Below, piece by piece: positions 23,126 to 36,840 of a DNA stretch of 64,000 nucleotides (positions within the stretch are counted from its first letter, which is position 1; every line of letters begins with the position of its first letter). Both the position numbers and the translations under genes were made by a program. The stretch is from Octopus sinensis (taxonomy: Eukaryota), in assembly GCF_006345805.1 (NCBI RefSeq), contig NC_043001.1, positions 99,014,001 through 99,078,000 of the forward strand, in the 5' to 3' direction. Under the pieces are notes generated by a model, which made no database searches, was not told where the DNA came from, and was given only the letters and a program-made list of their open reading frames with translations.

Positions 23126-23305
23126 ATATTGGTTTCAAATTTTGGCACAAGGCTAGCAGTTTCAGAGGAAAAGGTAAATCAATTACATTGACCCCAGTGC
23201 TCAACAGGTACTCACTATATCAACCCTGAAAGACAAAGCCAACCTCTGCAGAATTTCAACACAGAATGTAAAAGACGCTAATGATCCTGGTAGCTTGCTG
23301 CCTTA
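23126..23305 (-). mobile_element. SINE family B copy
   Basis: Reverse-complement similarity to 26655-26866 (GGCTTTGTCTTTC...TGAGCACTGGGGTCAATGTAAT...CCTTGTGCCAAAATTTGAAACC). Confidence 0.75.
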
Positions 23306-24369
23306 CGTCGTCTGTATCTAATATCAATTACAAAATACTATAGAGTAATTATTAATAGCATCAACAATAGCTATACCATAACCGTTACAACCTCAACATA
23401 CCTACACTTAAAAGCAATCAAATGCCTTCAAACATTTGTGCATAAGATCAGCCTCACAAAAATAAAAAGCGTGTATCTTTTATCTTTCAATTTTTTCCGT
23501 CATTAGACTGCAGTCATGCTATGGTACTGCCTTGAAGAATCTTTTTAGTTGAATGACTCAACCCCAGTACATTTTTTCTTTAAAAGCCTGATACTTACTC
23601 TATAAGTTACTTTAGACAAACTGCAATGTTACAGGGATGTAAACACACCAACACCAGTTGTCAGATGGTGGTGAGGGACAAACACAAAGACATTATATAC
23701 ATATAAAATATAAATTAGAGATAAAACCACTATTATGCAATTCAAACAATGATAGACATAAATCAAAACATATATAACAAATGAAATATATTTTTATAAA
23801 ACATAACTAGATTACAAAAAGTATAAAAATGAATAATCAATATATAAGTAAAAAAAACTACGTACGTTTCATGTCTATAATTAAATTTGAATTACAATTA
23901 AATTTAATCGAAATTAATTCAATTTAAAATTATAGTCAATCTTCAGGTTAACAATAATAGTTAAATAAATAAGCAAATAGAGTTAAATGATATTTATTAA
24001 AAAATAAATAAAATAACGATTTTTCTTATAGAAGAAACTCCATGAACTAAATTTGAAACTTAAAACATTAGGATCAGTTTCCTACAATACATTTATTATG
24101 TTAAATGTTTAAGGTAAAAAAATAGAGTAAATAGATAGAAAAATGTATTTATCTGTGAAGATATAATTTAGCTTAAAAAAACATTAATAAACTATAGAAT
24201 ATCTTTAACCTAGTTATACTCTAATATTTAATTACCAAACTATTTAACAAAAAAATTACAATTAATATTTTTAGATTTTAGTTCTAATATAATAATTATA
24301 AAATAAGATAATGTCAATGTTATTTTCAGTTTTACATAATTTAGACGACAGTCACTGCACCCTACACAC

Positions 24370-24530
24370 ATACAATGGGCTTCTTTCAGTTTCCATCTAC
24401 CAAATCTACTCACAAGGCTTTGGTTAGCCCGAGGATGTAGTAGAATCATATGCCAAAAGTGCCATGCAGTGGGAGGAAGCCAAGAACCATGTGGTTGGGA
24501 AGCAAACTTCTTACCACACAGCCATGCCTA
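24370..24530 (-). mobile_element. SINE family A 5' half
   Basis: Reverse complement GGCATGGCTGTGTGGTAAGAAG...GGTAGATGGAAACTGAAAGAAGCCC matches 29238-29400. Confidence 0.8.
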
Positions 24531-25285
24531 TACTTTTTACTTCCTTGTTACTTGGGATCTACCTTCAAGGCTGCTAGTTTTGATCCTATTTTCAGAAACT
24601 GAATTGCTTCAATATACAGCAGTATCTGTTTTATGGTTAGATAAACTGCCACCTATGGGAACCTTTTTGAATCATGCATTCAATGTTGACAGGCTTGGGA
24701 TAAAACAACAGCTAAAGTTTAAAAGTATCAGTAAATCCTTACATTGTACCATAATCAACAGGGCAGCTTAAAGATTTCTAGTTTGGTTCAGAAAAATTGC
24801 ATAATTCTGTGTTGTATCAATGGTCAGCAGACTGTGCTATTTAACTTTTAAATAGTACAGTCTGTTAGGTACAAACACATCTCTCAGGAACAACTCTCTA
24901 CTGTAATACTGGGTGCGACAGAAATACCTCCAACATTTGAAAGGTTGACAAAAAGGAAGAAACATTTATGAAAAATTAATTTTACTGTTGTTTAAACAAA
25001 GGGTTACAGTTTTTGTTCATTAGCTAAATGAAAACATCATTGGCACTTGCATAAGTTCATTAGCAACACGTAGGTGACAGTTTAAAATGTGGAAGGTATT
25101 TCTGCCGCATCCTGTATTAACGAGCATCTAAGGTGTTGAATTGGCAGAATCATTACCATAAAACAGATACTGCTGTATATTGAAGCAATTCAGTTTCTGA
25201 AAATAGGATCAAAACTAGCAGCCTTGAAGGTAGATCCCAAGTAACAAGGAAGTAAAAAGTATAGGCATGGCTGTGTGGTAAGAAG
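24507..25285. repeat. Inverted repeat with 131-nt identical arms (24507-24637 / 25155-25285), 517-nt spacer
   Basis: Base-by-base comparison found no mismatch over 131 nt; an imperfect extension runs to ~24460/25332. Confidence 0.93.
24909..25114. mobile_element. Tc1/mariner-type MITE (~206 nt)
   Basis: TA-CTGGGTGCGACAGAAATACCTCCAACATTT...AAATGTGGAAGGTATTTCTGCCGCATCCTG-TA: ~30-nt imperfect TIRs with TA flanks. Confidence 0.75.
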
Positions 25286-25523
25286 CTTGCTTCCCAACCA
25301 CATGGTTCTGGGTTTCGTCCCTCTGCATGGCACATGCTGGGCAAAATGATTTGTGGTATTTCATTTGTCTTTATGTTCTCAGTTCAAAATTCACTGAGAC
25401 TGACTTTGCCTTTCATCCTTTTAGAGGTTGATAAAATGAGTACCAGTTGAATATTGGAGTCAATGTAATTAACTTACCCCATCCCCAAACTTGCTGGCCT
25501 TGTGCCAAAATCTGAAGCCAATG
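25130..25523 (+). mobile_element. SINE family B copy interrupted by the inverted segment at ~25155-25332
   Basis: The head AGGTGTTGAATTGGCAGAATCATT stops at ~25154 and resumes at CATGCTGGGCAAAATG after ~25332. Confidence 0.7.
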
Positions 25524-26279
25524 TTAATGAGCATTATTATTGAGTGTAGGCGAACACGCACAGAGAAGATGACATCTGATGTAAGGTATTCCAGCAGAGT
25601 TGTAACTATGTGACTTGTATGCTGGACTAGTTAAACCGTCCAGCACATGCCAGCATAGAAAACAGACATTAAATGATGATTTACTAGCTATTTTGAGTGG
25701 CTACAAGTAGCCTCTCTCATTGGCTTAAATTAGTATTTATTAGCTTGAAGTGCAACTCCTATGAAGATAGCTTAGAGAAGAAAGGGCTGACATACCAAAA
25801 ATACAAATTTTTTCATCAATGATACTTTCATGATCAAATGGGTTATGAAGACTCACCAATATTTATGTAGATAATGCACGTACATAGATATTATACACTG
25901 ATGTTTCTGTCTTTTGAAAAGGATACAAGCAATAAAACTTGATAATGAATAGATAGTCTGCATCAACAAATTGAATCACAAGATATTGATTAATCTGTAA
26001 CTACAATAAAAGGCACACTTAAGTGCTATTCAGTGGGACTGAACCTGAAACCATGTGGGTGTGAAGCAAAATTCTTAACCACATATCATGTCCGCACCAA
26101 TGTAAAAGTTACAAAACTAAATTTAGTTGAACACAACAGATTCGTCAACTTGATGCTCTATCTCAGGGCAGTAATGAAATTGCTTCTACCCTTCATTAAT
26201 TTCATTTATAAAACACAACCATTTACAAAGTGAATTGTATTACACAGAAAAAGCTAAATAATTAAGCCAGATTACTTAC

Positions 26280-26478
26280 CGACTATGATGTTGGCACTAC
26301 CAGCAGCACAACCAAGCAATTTCTGCTTATACCTTACTAAACTGTCATCATCCTGATCTGCACTTACAATCTCATTAATTGACTTTTGTGCAGGAGGTTG
26401 GTAATTCAAAGCTGGTTCATCCTCTTCCTCTTCCTTTTCTCCCTCCTTTGGTACACAGGACTCTTCAGTTTCAGCCAT
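26280..26478 (-). CDS. RhoGDI: RhoGDI, first well-supported coding exon (regulatory arm)
   Basis: MAETEESCVPKEGEKEEEEDEPALNYQPPAQKSINEIVSADQDDDSLVRYKQKLLGCAAGSANIIV, with RhoGDI motifs NY.PPAQKS and D.DD.SL..YK..LLG. Donor G|GTAAGT at 26279. The acceptor TTCAG sits one base before the ATG, so an upstream exon is expected. Confidence 0.96.
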
Positions 26479-26654
26479 CCTGAACAAAATAATGAAATAC
26501 AATAAGTAAATGATTTAGCAGGAGAAAAATGGTCTTGGTCAGTAGAAGTAAATTTATTAGGTTTTCAAAATTAATGAAATTTCAAAGCACCTAGTGAATG
26601 GCAGGACAACAGCATGTAACCTATTATTATTATTATTATATTATTATTATTATT

Positions 26655-26866
26655 AAGGTGGCAAACTGGCAGAATTGTTAGCACACCAAGTGAAATGCTC
26701 ATCAGCATTTTGTCTGTCTTCACGTTCTGAGTGCAAATGCTGCTGAGGTTGGCTTTGCTTTTCATCTTTTCGGGGTTGATAAAATAAGTACCAGTTGAGT
26801 ACTGGGGTGATATATTTTGGCTATCCCCTCCCACAAAGTTTCAGGCCTTGTGCCTATAGAAGAAAT
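26655..26866 (+). mobile_element. SINE family B, near full length
   Basis: AAGGTGGCAAACTGGCAGAATTGTTAGCAC...GGCTTTGCTTTTCATC...GATAAAATAAGTACCAGTTGAGTACTGGGG...GGCCTTGTGCC. Further decayed copies near 13100-13440, 31232-31400, 32728-32925 and 56820-56910. Confidence 0.8.
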
Positions 26867-26886
26867 GTGCTTGTAATTAGATTTAA

Positions 26887-27095
26887 CCCTTTAGTTACCA
26901 TATTGTGGAAATGCACTGCCTTCGTTTTAATTTTGAAAATGAAGTATTTATTAAGATACCTGACATTATTAAGCTGGTATTTGGAAAATAAATTAGCACG
27001 AAATTTTGATGGAAGATTTTAATTTAAATTACTTTAAATTAGGAAGCTTGCATCATATAACTGGGGTGGTTTCATGCAGATTGGTATCAAAAGGG
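26887..27095. mobile_element. TTAA-flanked MITE (piggyBac-like ends)
   Basis: TTAA-CCCTTTAGTTACCA...TGGTATCAAAAGGG-TTAA. Confidence 0.75.
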
Positions 27096-29237
27096 TTAAA
27101 TTAGAGAACCTTACTTTTATTGTAGAGAGAATCTATTTTCAACCATACTGTTCAATAGGATAGGATAATAAAATAAGATTTAGTGGAGATGAGGCTTATA
27201 GCACTCAGAGGATGGTAGCTGGATAAGAGTTTATCAAGCTGACAAAACTGACACTATTTCACATTATAGCTGTTAATACAAACAAGTTCATCTTACAGAA
27301 CAATACATACACCATCTTCTAAATATCAGTCAGCTTATATAATCATATGGAGAAAGTATGGCCAATTGTCACATGCAAGCAAATATGACTTGGTAACTTG
27401 TACCATACACTAATAGTTTTAAATGCTTATAAAGTTGAGAGCTGACAAAGACCTTCTTAGACCTTTACCCACAACCCAGTGGACCATCCAGAATGTGAGA
27501 GATAGAGGGAGAGAATGCTGAACTAGCATCATATGAAACAAAGTGTCTTGTTCAGGGACACAATGTACCTCACTTCACCTAGTTTAGGAATTGAACTCAT
27601 GACCATATGATCATGAGCTGAACATTCTGACTACTAAGCTATACACTTTCACATGGAGAAAAGGAATATATATAAATATGCATGATCATCATCATCATTA
27701 GTGTTTTATGTTGGAGTTGTATGTGTGTATCTGTATATTTTAAATGTCTCTTTCTAAAGCAACTTTGTCTTTTTTCTCTCCTTTGATTCAAATTCTGCCA
27801 TTTCTAGAGATATGGCTTGCATTTTCAAGAGTAATCTGGTTTGATTTAAACAGGCAACAAATATTAGAGTTTGTAGGAATAAAATACACTATTATATATC
27901 AAAATGAAGTAGGGTTTATCCAAACTTGAAAAGAGAACTTCTAACATATCCCAGTAATGTCACCCACTCATCATATCAAGTCACTAATAGTTACTTTTGA
28001 AGTCTTCGAATAGTCAGATGTCAGTTATCTGGAAAGAAACATTGCAGTTATTAATAAGAGCTGAAATTAATGCATGCAAGATTTCACAGCTCTGGCATCA
28101 CTCCTTCAGAGTCAGCCCATTCTTGTAGATTTTTGGTTTCAAAAATATAAATGAAATGTAAATTAAAACTAATTTATCAAGCTGCTTGATATAGAAGGAA
28201 GATTTTTTTTTTTTTATCTTAAATGTAGTTATTTGCCATAAGAATTTACAAGACCATCTAATTGTAAATTTCTAATTATAAAAACACTGCAATTTATATG
28301 GCTTTTTAAGGAAAAATCAAAAGGGAATCTCATTAGTGCCATGATAAAATTCACCCAGTACACTCAGGAAAATGATTGACAAATTGAGCAGATATATAGA
28401 GTTGAGATAACTCAGTCTTGCTGAGGGCATGACAGCACCTCTAGTAGCAGGATAAAATGTACCCAGTGCACATTGTAAAGTAATTTATGATAAGAAGGGA
28501 AGTGATTGTAGAAACTGTTTCCAAAACAAGGAAGCCCAAACGAGGTATAGTCCTCTGATTAAAACCTTGAACTGCCTGATACTTGCCAGGATGGAAAATA
28601 GATGCAAAATGATGGATGATGAAATTGATTTTTAATCTAATGCACAAATAAATGACTGAAGTGTTAGACTTCTTTATTCACTATGGTGCAAGAAATTCTT
28701 CTACTTTCTATAAAATTACTAAGCTAAAACAGATAATGCATAATGGCAGCAGCACTACAGATTACATTAAGAGTTCAATCCCTTCTACAGCAATGACAGA
28801 GACTCAAGAAATTTTGTTAAAAATATGCTACAGGCGAGGAGAACAATTGTCTAAAGGAATGACTAAGTTTGATTTTACAAGTTTCAGCCCTTTCATGGGT
28901 TCAGGCAATCATGTTGACTCCAGTACTTTTAAGTCTGCTTCTTATTCTATCAGTCCTATTTGTGGAACTACTAAGTTACAGGACTTAAATACTGACATGT
29001 TTACACACACAAGTTTCCATAGTTTCTGCCAACCAAATTCCATTTATATAACTCTAACACTTAGTCAATTGAGCCTTGAGTAGAGGGCATTTGCCCAAGG
29101 TGCCGTACAATGGAAATTACCACAAAACTATGTGGTGAGAAAGCAAAATACTTCTTGACCACATAGCCATGCCTAGGCTAAGTATGAGAGAGAGGGAAGT
29201 AGGGATGGGGAGAGTTTTGAAATTTTAATTAAATATA

Positions 29238-29620
29238 AGCGCAGGAGTGGCTGTGTGGTAAGTAGTTTGCTTACCAACCACATGGTTCCGGGTTCATTTC
29301 CACTGCATGGAACCTTGGGCAAGTGTCTTCTATAATAGCCTCGGCCTGACCAAAGCCTTGTCAGTGGATTTGGTAGATGGAAACTGAAAGAAGCCCGTCG
29401 GATATATATATGTATGTGTGTCTGTGTTTGCCCCCCCCCCCCAACATCGCTTGACAACCGATGGTGGTGTGTTTACGTCTTAGTAACTTAGCAGTTCGGC
29501 AAAAGAGACCGATAGAATAAGTACTAAGCTAACAAAGAATAAGTCCCGTGGTTGATTTGCTCGACTGAAGTCGGTGCTCCAGCATGGCCACAGTCAAATG
29601 ACTGAAACAAATAAAAGAGA
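29238..29620 (+). mobile_element. SINE family A, full length (tRNA-derived head, central microsatellite, 3' domain)
   Basis: GCGCAGGAGTGGCTGTGTGGTAAG...GGTTCCGGGTTCA...GAAACTGAAAGAAGCCCGTCG...GATAGAATAAGTACT...GACTGAAACAAATAAAAGAG. Many partial copies occur across the window. Confidence 0.85.
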
Positions 29621-30399
29621 TATGGAATACAGTAGTAAATTTCATCCTTAGCAATATAGCGATATCTTTAGACATGTTTCAACCTTATCAGACTTCAAGA
29701 AACCATTGTTGAAAGACTACCACTAGAGTGTATATAGCTTTTTTTTAGTCAATGAACAGAGAGTGGCAATTGATATTAGAATGACTAAGAATTTTTTCTA
29801 ATCAGAATCAGTCATTTAGCAAATGATTACTTTCATCATTAAGGATGTAAATTTCATAAAAATTTCTTGGCTTGCTAGCATCCACTTCATCAAATTTTTA
29901 TAGAGCAGATATCTCTACTCACTCCCATCTATATTCCAGATATTTTTTTCTGTATAGTTGTGTATGAGTGTGTATACAAGTGTAAAATGCTTACTTGATT
30001 TATACTCCTTTATGCCAAGAGTTAACTCAGTCTATATAGATACCCAGAATGAAGTATTGTGGTTAATACAAACAAGATTTTCTATGACTGAATGCCACCA
30101 GCCCTTACCTGTTTTCATTGACTATATGAAATGAATGACATTCATTTACAGCAATCACTTGATGTCAAGACAAGGAGACAAACATACACACAAACAGGCT
30201 TCTTTGAATTTCTGTCTACCAAAGCGACTTATAAGGCTTTAGTTGGACTGGTGGTGCTGCAGAAGACACTTACCAAAGGTGCCATGCAGTAGGACTGAAC
30301 CTGAGATTAAAACTATTGACTGAAACCAATAAAGATACATATGGCTTATTTTGGGCATTTAGAAAAAGCTGATCGCTGAGGGTGGCCTGTAATAGTCAT

Positions 30400-30650
30400 G
30401 ATAAATGTGGTGATAGTGAGCTATTCTTTCCCTGGACAATCACTTTGGTTTTCAAACTGACTGTCAGTCCAAAGCTCTTGTCTTGGGAAAAGTGGTCAAG
30501 CAGTAGCTGAGAATGTTTCTGAGTGATATGTAGCTGGTTCATTATTGGCAAACAGCTTACCTTTGTTAAGCAACTCATATACTCTAATCCTGGTTTTAGC
30601 ATATGAGAAATTGAAGCATCAATAGTCAGATTTAGTGTGAAAGCAGAATT
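30400..30650 (-). pseudogene. Highly decayed RTE/BovB-like RT fragment
   Basis: Pieces read FHTKSD..FN...AKTRIR, KLFANN (a decayed LLFADD) and FGLTVSLKTKVIVQ. Confidence 0.6.
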
Positions 30651-33600
30651 TCAGCCAATGAACAAAACACTAGTGTCTTGTTCTATTATGATTTAAATAG
30701 TTAAAATTAGTTCATGAATGAATCACTTCAACAAAACTTTCAAAGTTATAGTTATGTGTGGTCTGTCAATGTATTGTGCAACCCACAAGGAAAAATTTAA
30801 GGCATATGTACATGTTCCATATATCTTTTGATAGGTATACACACATACACATACAAATTTGAGAGTTAGAGTGCATGGGATGGTTAAATAGACATGTTAC
30901 TTTGAAGTTTCACCACTGCCAAAGCTGTGAAGTAATTGTTAGTATTCTCATAACACTTGGTTCTACACATTTTAAAGTTCATTGCTTTTAATTTTTTCAA
31001 ACTTATTTGATTATTTCTAAAGAGAGATATAGAAAATTAGGTTATCAATGAGATTAGAAAACTGACAAAAATAGCTTGTAACTATCCAGAAACAATGCAA
31101 TTACTATTTATAAAAATCAAAAAGTTTTGTTGAAAAAAAAAACAACAAAGAAACTAAGATGACTTCAAACAAGAAATACAAATGACTAATAGAAAACTGG
31201 ACAATCTTGAATAATTCTTTCTGCTATAGAGACAATTTTGGGGGAGGTAGTCAATTACATCAACCTCAGTGCTCCACTGATATTTTATCAACCTTGAAAG
31301 AGAGGAGGAGCAAAGTCAACCTCAGTGGAATTTGAACTTAGAATGTAAAGCTGGAAAGAAATGTTACTAAGCATTTTGTCCAGCATGCTAATAACTGTCC
31401 CAACCTCGATGAATAATAGCAGAAAATAAGATCAAAAGAAGATAGAAATACAATCCAAATGGATCAATAAGATGGCATTCAACAAATGGATAATTTCAAT
31501 TTGGAGTCTATAAGAGATGTGATATGATTACAGTAACATATTTTACAAACAACTTGTAAACTGGATCTTTACTATTTGCTAATATTGTGTCCTTAGAACC
31601 ATTATTTTTCATCTCTTCGAATTTGATACCTGTGGATATGTGTGGGGTGTTGATAATATTCTGCTTTAGTCAAAATAATGGTCTGTAACCTTATACCCAG
31701 GGTTCCTTCTAGTTTTAACCAACCACGAAGCAGAACTTTTGATGCTTTGAGCTATAATATTTTAAATTCAAAGCCACTATAAAACATTCAACTGTTTCTG
31801 TAGCTTATCAAGCACATACAAATTAAAATGAACAGCAACATTTTCACGCACATGGCACCAATAGAGTCACTGTGTGGTAGGACAGCTTAGAGGAAACATT
31901 ACCTGTACCTAAGTTTATATACAGCATTGACATTCCAGGGCTGGCAAAGTAACCTGAATGTTTGTTTAGTATCTATGTCTAAAACACTACGTCAATTTGC
32001 CTGTGTCCCATTTGTCATGACCATTGTCAAACTAATAATTAAAGTAATTTTACTGAAATTCTATATATTATTATAACAGCTAGAGTTTTATTTGATAGAG
32101 AAAAAAGTGTCCTGGCTTAAAACAAGATTATGTTTCTTAGCTGACATTAGATACAATGTAATTTCAAACTATTTATTATATCCTCCTTAGTCAATATACT
32201 TCATAAAGCTATAGATATACACTTGTCTTTGTGTGTGTAAATCATGTCAAAGTAGTCATTTGTTTCTAGCATAAAGATCGTCGTGGAATGACTAATGTAG
32301 CAGTGTTATCATTGCAATGGTAATACTTTGTGGCAACTACCAGCAACACAAGGATAACAGATGTCTGTGTTGCTTGCTACTGTCTTATATATATGTGTGT
32401 GTGTGTGTGTTTAGTATTATATAGTGGGTGGATAGACTTGGAAAGATGCTGAACAAATGAATACCATTACTTTACATTCTGAGGCTGACTCTTGCCGTTC
32501 ACCCAAGATGGGTGGGCTGACTTGTAACATTAAAATGAGTATTGATCAAGTACAGGAGTACTGACCAAAATGTTTAACTCTGTGCCAGTATTAGATATTT
32601 TTACTCTTATCCTTATAGTATTAAGTTATTGCCCTTTATGCTCAGTTTAAATCCTGCTGAGGTCAACTTTGCCCTTCATTTTTGCAAGGCTGATTTAATT
32701 GACTAACCCCATCATATTTCTGGCCTTGGGTGGTAGGTTGGCAGAATTATCAGAGAATCCTAAAATATCTTGCAGTAATTTTTCCAGTTGTCTGTGCACT
32801 GAATACAAATCCTGCTCATGTCAACTTTGCTTTCATCTTTCTACAGTCAATAAAATAAAGGATAAGAGTCCATTTAATCAATCATTCCCCTCAAAATTGT
32901 TGGCATAGTGCCTTAATTAGAAATCATTATTACATGCAGCAGAAGGGCAAACAATATAGAATTAAACATCTTATGGTACTTCTGATTGTTTATTATTACT
33001 TATTTATTTTCAAAATGGAAATCTGGTTCAAATGTTTACAAGAGGTAACTCCTCTAAGAAATACCCAAGGTGGTGCTAAATTGGGTGATGGATTAAGTTT
33101 GTCTTCTTAACCACATAGTTTTGAGTTCAGCACAACTGTATAGTACCTTGGGTATGTGCTTTCTACTATAGCCTCAGGCCAACTAAAAGCCTTGTGAGTG
33201 AATTTGGAAGATGAAAACTGAATAAAGCTCATACGTACTTTGGTCTCCTTATCTTGACATCACATGATAGTTGTAAATGAGCGTCACCATCATACAAGTG
33301 GTGTTCATTTCCAATATTCCATAAAAATATGTCTAACTATAGAGAAATATTACCTGACTTGGAAGCAGGTGCAAAAGGAAGAGCATTCAACCATAAAAAA
33401 AATCTGCCTTTCTGTTTGATTTATGTGAACATTAAAATCATGAAGATGTCACCCGACAACTCTTTAACATCTCTGCTAATGCACCACCATAAACAGGTAT
33501 TCTTGTGTTTGTGATCCCAAAAAGACTAAAAGGTAAAGCTGACTGACAAGATTGAACTCAGTGAGAGTGCTGGAACAAATACTGCACAAGAATTTTTTCC

Positions 33601-34963
33601 TATGTTCTAACGACAGTACAATTTACTAACTAATGAATTCAAATTCTGCTGAGATTGACAACCTTTCTCTGGGATCAATAATATTCAAGCTATTACATAC
33701 CCACCTCTTGCAAATTTGAGGCCTTATGCCGATGTGAGATATCTACTCCCTCAAAATCGTCAGTGAATCTAGGCACACCTTATGACCTATAGGCAATCAT
33801 GGACTCTTTTTGAATCACAAATATGTGAGGCGTCAGCCATCTTAATAAACTGAATACAATAAATGTTTAAAGATGGTAATGCTATATTTATAAACAGAAT
33901 AAAGTGAGAATGTAATAATAAAAAAAAAAAGTGCATCAGATGTGCATGGTGACTGTTCTGTCATTTTAAATGTTCCTCATGTCAATATTAATCAACTGAC
34001 AAAATAAAATACAACAGTATACAGTAGTTAATGCTTTCCCTTTCCTTAGCTATGGTACTGTGCTTATAGGGATGGGCTCTGTCAAACAGTACACAGGACT
34101 CAGACACTTAAAATCATGCGAGCCAATGCAAATCTAAGCGACTACTTGATCTGCTAAAATTAACAGTTGCATATCTCTTTGCTCAGAGCCTAGCATCTTA
34201 AAAAAAAAATTAAAGGACAGATTCGAGAATGTATTTCTAGATATACAAAACATCAGTGACCACAGCTGGAATTTTTCGATCATAAGTCTGCTCAGTAATT
34301 ACCAACATGGGGTTAAAACATCGATCTGAATGACCATGCTCTTAGTTAACATGACTATGTTCATTGCTGTTGTGCGTGCATGCATATGCAGGCAAATATG
34401 TGCACGTGTGTGTGTATGAAAAATATTCAGCCAGTGGCTGCATGACTGTCAGGTTCTTCTAAATTCTTCATAATGATCTAAATCTGGTGACAGATAAGTC
34501 AGTTTTCTTAAGAGCAGATTTCAACTTCGAAAATATACATTTTACGACAGAAATCTCAACATTTAAACTACTACAGCGTACATTTGTAGCGATTATGCAG
34601 TGTAATTTCATTTTGTATCAACGTGAATATGATGTGGTCTTGAGCATCCGGCTTTACTTCACAGGTGAAATAAATTAATTTTTACGAGCCAATCAGAGAT
34701 TAGTATTTTATATATTTTCATACATTTCTTATCAGCAAGAGACATTTCCTCACATGCTGCTAGCCTGAAGAACATTTTACTACTATGCATATGTTGCAGT
34801 TTGGGGAACAGAATAGTCTAGACACTTGAGTCTTTGTATAGAAGGCAAGCAGTTAATCATAGCAAACATACTGCACCCTTTTTACTCGCCAGAGTTTATA
34901 TTTATTTAATGTGGTGTGTGCGTAATCCTAATAAAGATTCACCAACGCATATAATTTCTTAGA

Positions 34964-35013
<50 letters not shown>

Positions 35014-36183
35014 AAATATAACTAAGTTTTCACTGTATATTGACAATAGAATATGGTCTAATATCCGGGCATATAAATCCATGATAGAAAAAAATGGGCA
35101 TTTGTATGCATGGGAATCGGACTCTTAAAATATTAGACTATTTTCTAGTCAATATACAATGAAAACTAAGTCATATTTTAAAAATTTTCACTCATCAGTT
35201 TCTTATGCACATATGAATATATATGTAGACCTTTCCCCTTCAAAACAATCATAATAGTAAAACAACAAGTTCACTAAACACCTACTACATGCAATTTAAG
35301 AGTGTTGGAGTTTTTTAGTATACATTTCTTAACATTAGAATATAAGTTATCGTTCATTGTTTCATTTTGTGCCTTTAGATCCCTAGACAAAACAAAAGTG
35401 ATGTATGGTAAAGCCACTGTAATTGCTGCTAAGGGAGTAGATTAGGTAGATGAAATAAATGCTGGAGCAAGTATTTTACAGTAATCACATGATCTTAAGC
35501 ATCTGGTAATCAAAATGATATGTGTCTTGGTCAGAAGCGCAATTTAATGTGGTATCATTTGAATGAGTGGGATTCATTATCGTCAAGACAACAATTTAGC
35601 CACTGAAGCTCCTATTTAGTAGAGGAGGGAAGAGAAAAAAAAAAACTACAAGTCCCCTAAAATATACAATAGAACATTTAAGTTCACTCAACTTATACAT
35701 GAGAAAATGGATTTTGAGGTATGCAGAGAATGGCTTAAGAAATAATTAAAAAGCACGAAAATGAGAAAATTTCGCATGGGAAAAGATAATAGCAGGAGCA
35801 TATTTATAAATCTTTAAATTAAGATAACTATAAAAATCCATTGAGCTTGCATTCAGCTCCAATTTCTAGAATTTTAAGAGGATGAAAATTTAACTTGTAT
35901 ACTAACCCCATTCACTTTATTCAAGGTATTTCTTTCCTTTTTTGAACTAGCCCTTAATTTTTAGTGGATTCTGCACTAGTGAAAATACATTGATGAAGTC
36001 TCTGAGAATTTCTTCTTCACACTAGTGTCAGAGACCCTGAAAAGGGACCATCAGTGCAGCACTTCAAACTAGGTCGTGTGTGTTTTCTAGTCTTTTCCAG
36101 GCTAATAAACAGAATATACAGGATCCAGACACACGGAAATCACGTGAGCAGATACCTATGCATTTCAAAATTCATTTCCTTAA

Positions 36184-36379
36184 CCCTTTAGTTTTCAAAC
36201 TGACCATATCCAGCCAAAATATTTGACAAGCTTTATGCTTAAACCAGCCTACAATGTCCTTCTACGAATAAGTAATTACACTGTGAAAATCTCGATGCTA
36301 CAAAATAATCCACAATTAATTCAAAATAATGTGAACAAATAAGCATAACATTTGACAGAATAATCTGAATGTTAAAGGG
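36184..36379. mobile_element. TTAA-flanked MITE (piggyBac-like ends)
   Basis: TTAA-CCCTTTAG...TTAAAGGG-TTAA. Confidence 0.75.
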
Positions 36380-36521
36380 TTAAGCTTGAATGCTATGGAT
36401 GAATACTGAAAATAAACGTCCGTATATGTATATATATATACATACACATGAGCAAAATGCCCCGCCCTCCAATGGACGGTGCTGAGTTGTCAAACATTTA
36501 AACTAAATTTTCTCAAAACAA

Positions 36522-36822
36522 CTAGTCCAACCATAACATAAGCCTCCCCTTTGAGAAACACCGATTTAACCTAAATTTGAGATACCAGCAAAAGAAGAAA
36601 TAAAGATAGACTTTTTCTCACGTACACCTAGTATTGATCGCAACAGCACAAATGCACGTTCCCACGGCTTTACCTGGAATTAATTTTTGTAATTCTTTCA
36701 AGACTTATATATGCCCTGATACCATCGGTATCTACATCAAATTTGAGCACAAACGGATGGAGGATGCCCGAGATCCTAGAAGACACACACACAGACAAAC
36801 AGAACGGATTTTATATAATAGA
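36522..36822 (-). mobile_element. Probable non-autonomous Helitron-like element
   Basis: Minus strand A|TCTATTATATAAAATCCGTTCTGTTTGTCTG...GGACTAG|T. The subterminal hairpin is weak. Confidence 0.4.
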
Positions 36823-36840
36823 TATATATGTGTATATATA

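Noticed and set aside
28652-29083. 143-aa plus-strand ORF as a new gene
   Set aside because: No recognisable motif or splice context, and its 3' third is the reverse complement of a decayed SINE A 3' domain.
31903-31908. Second microexon (TTAG|GTACAG|GTAATG)
   Set aside because: No polypyrimidine tract; such short matches are expected by chance.
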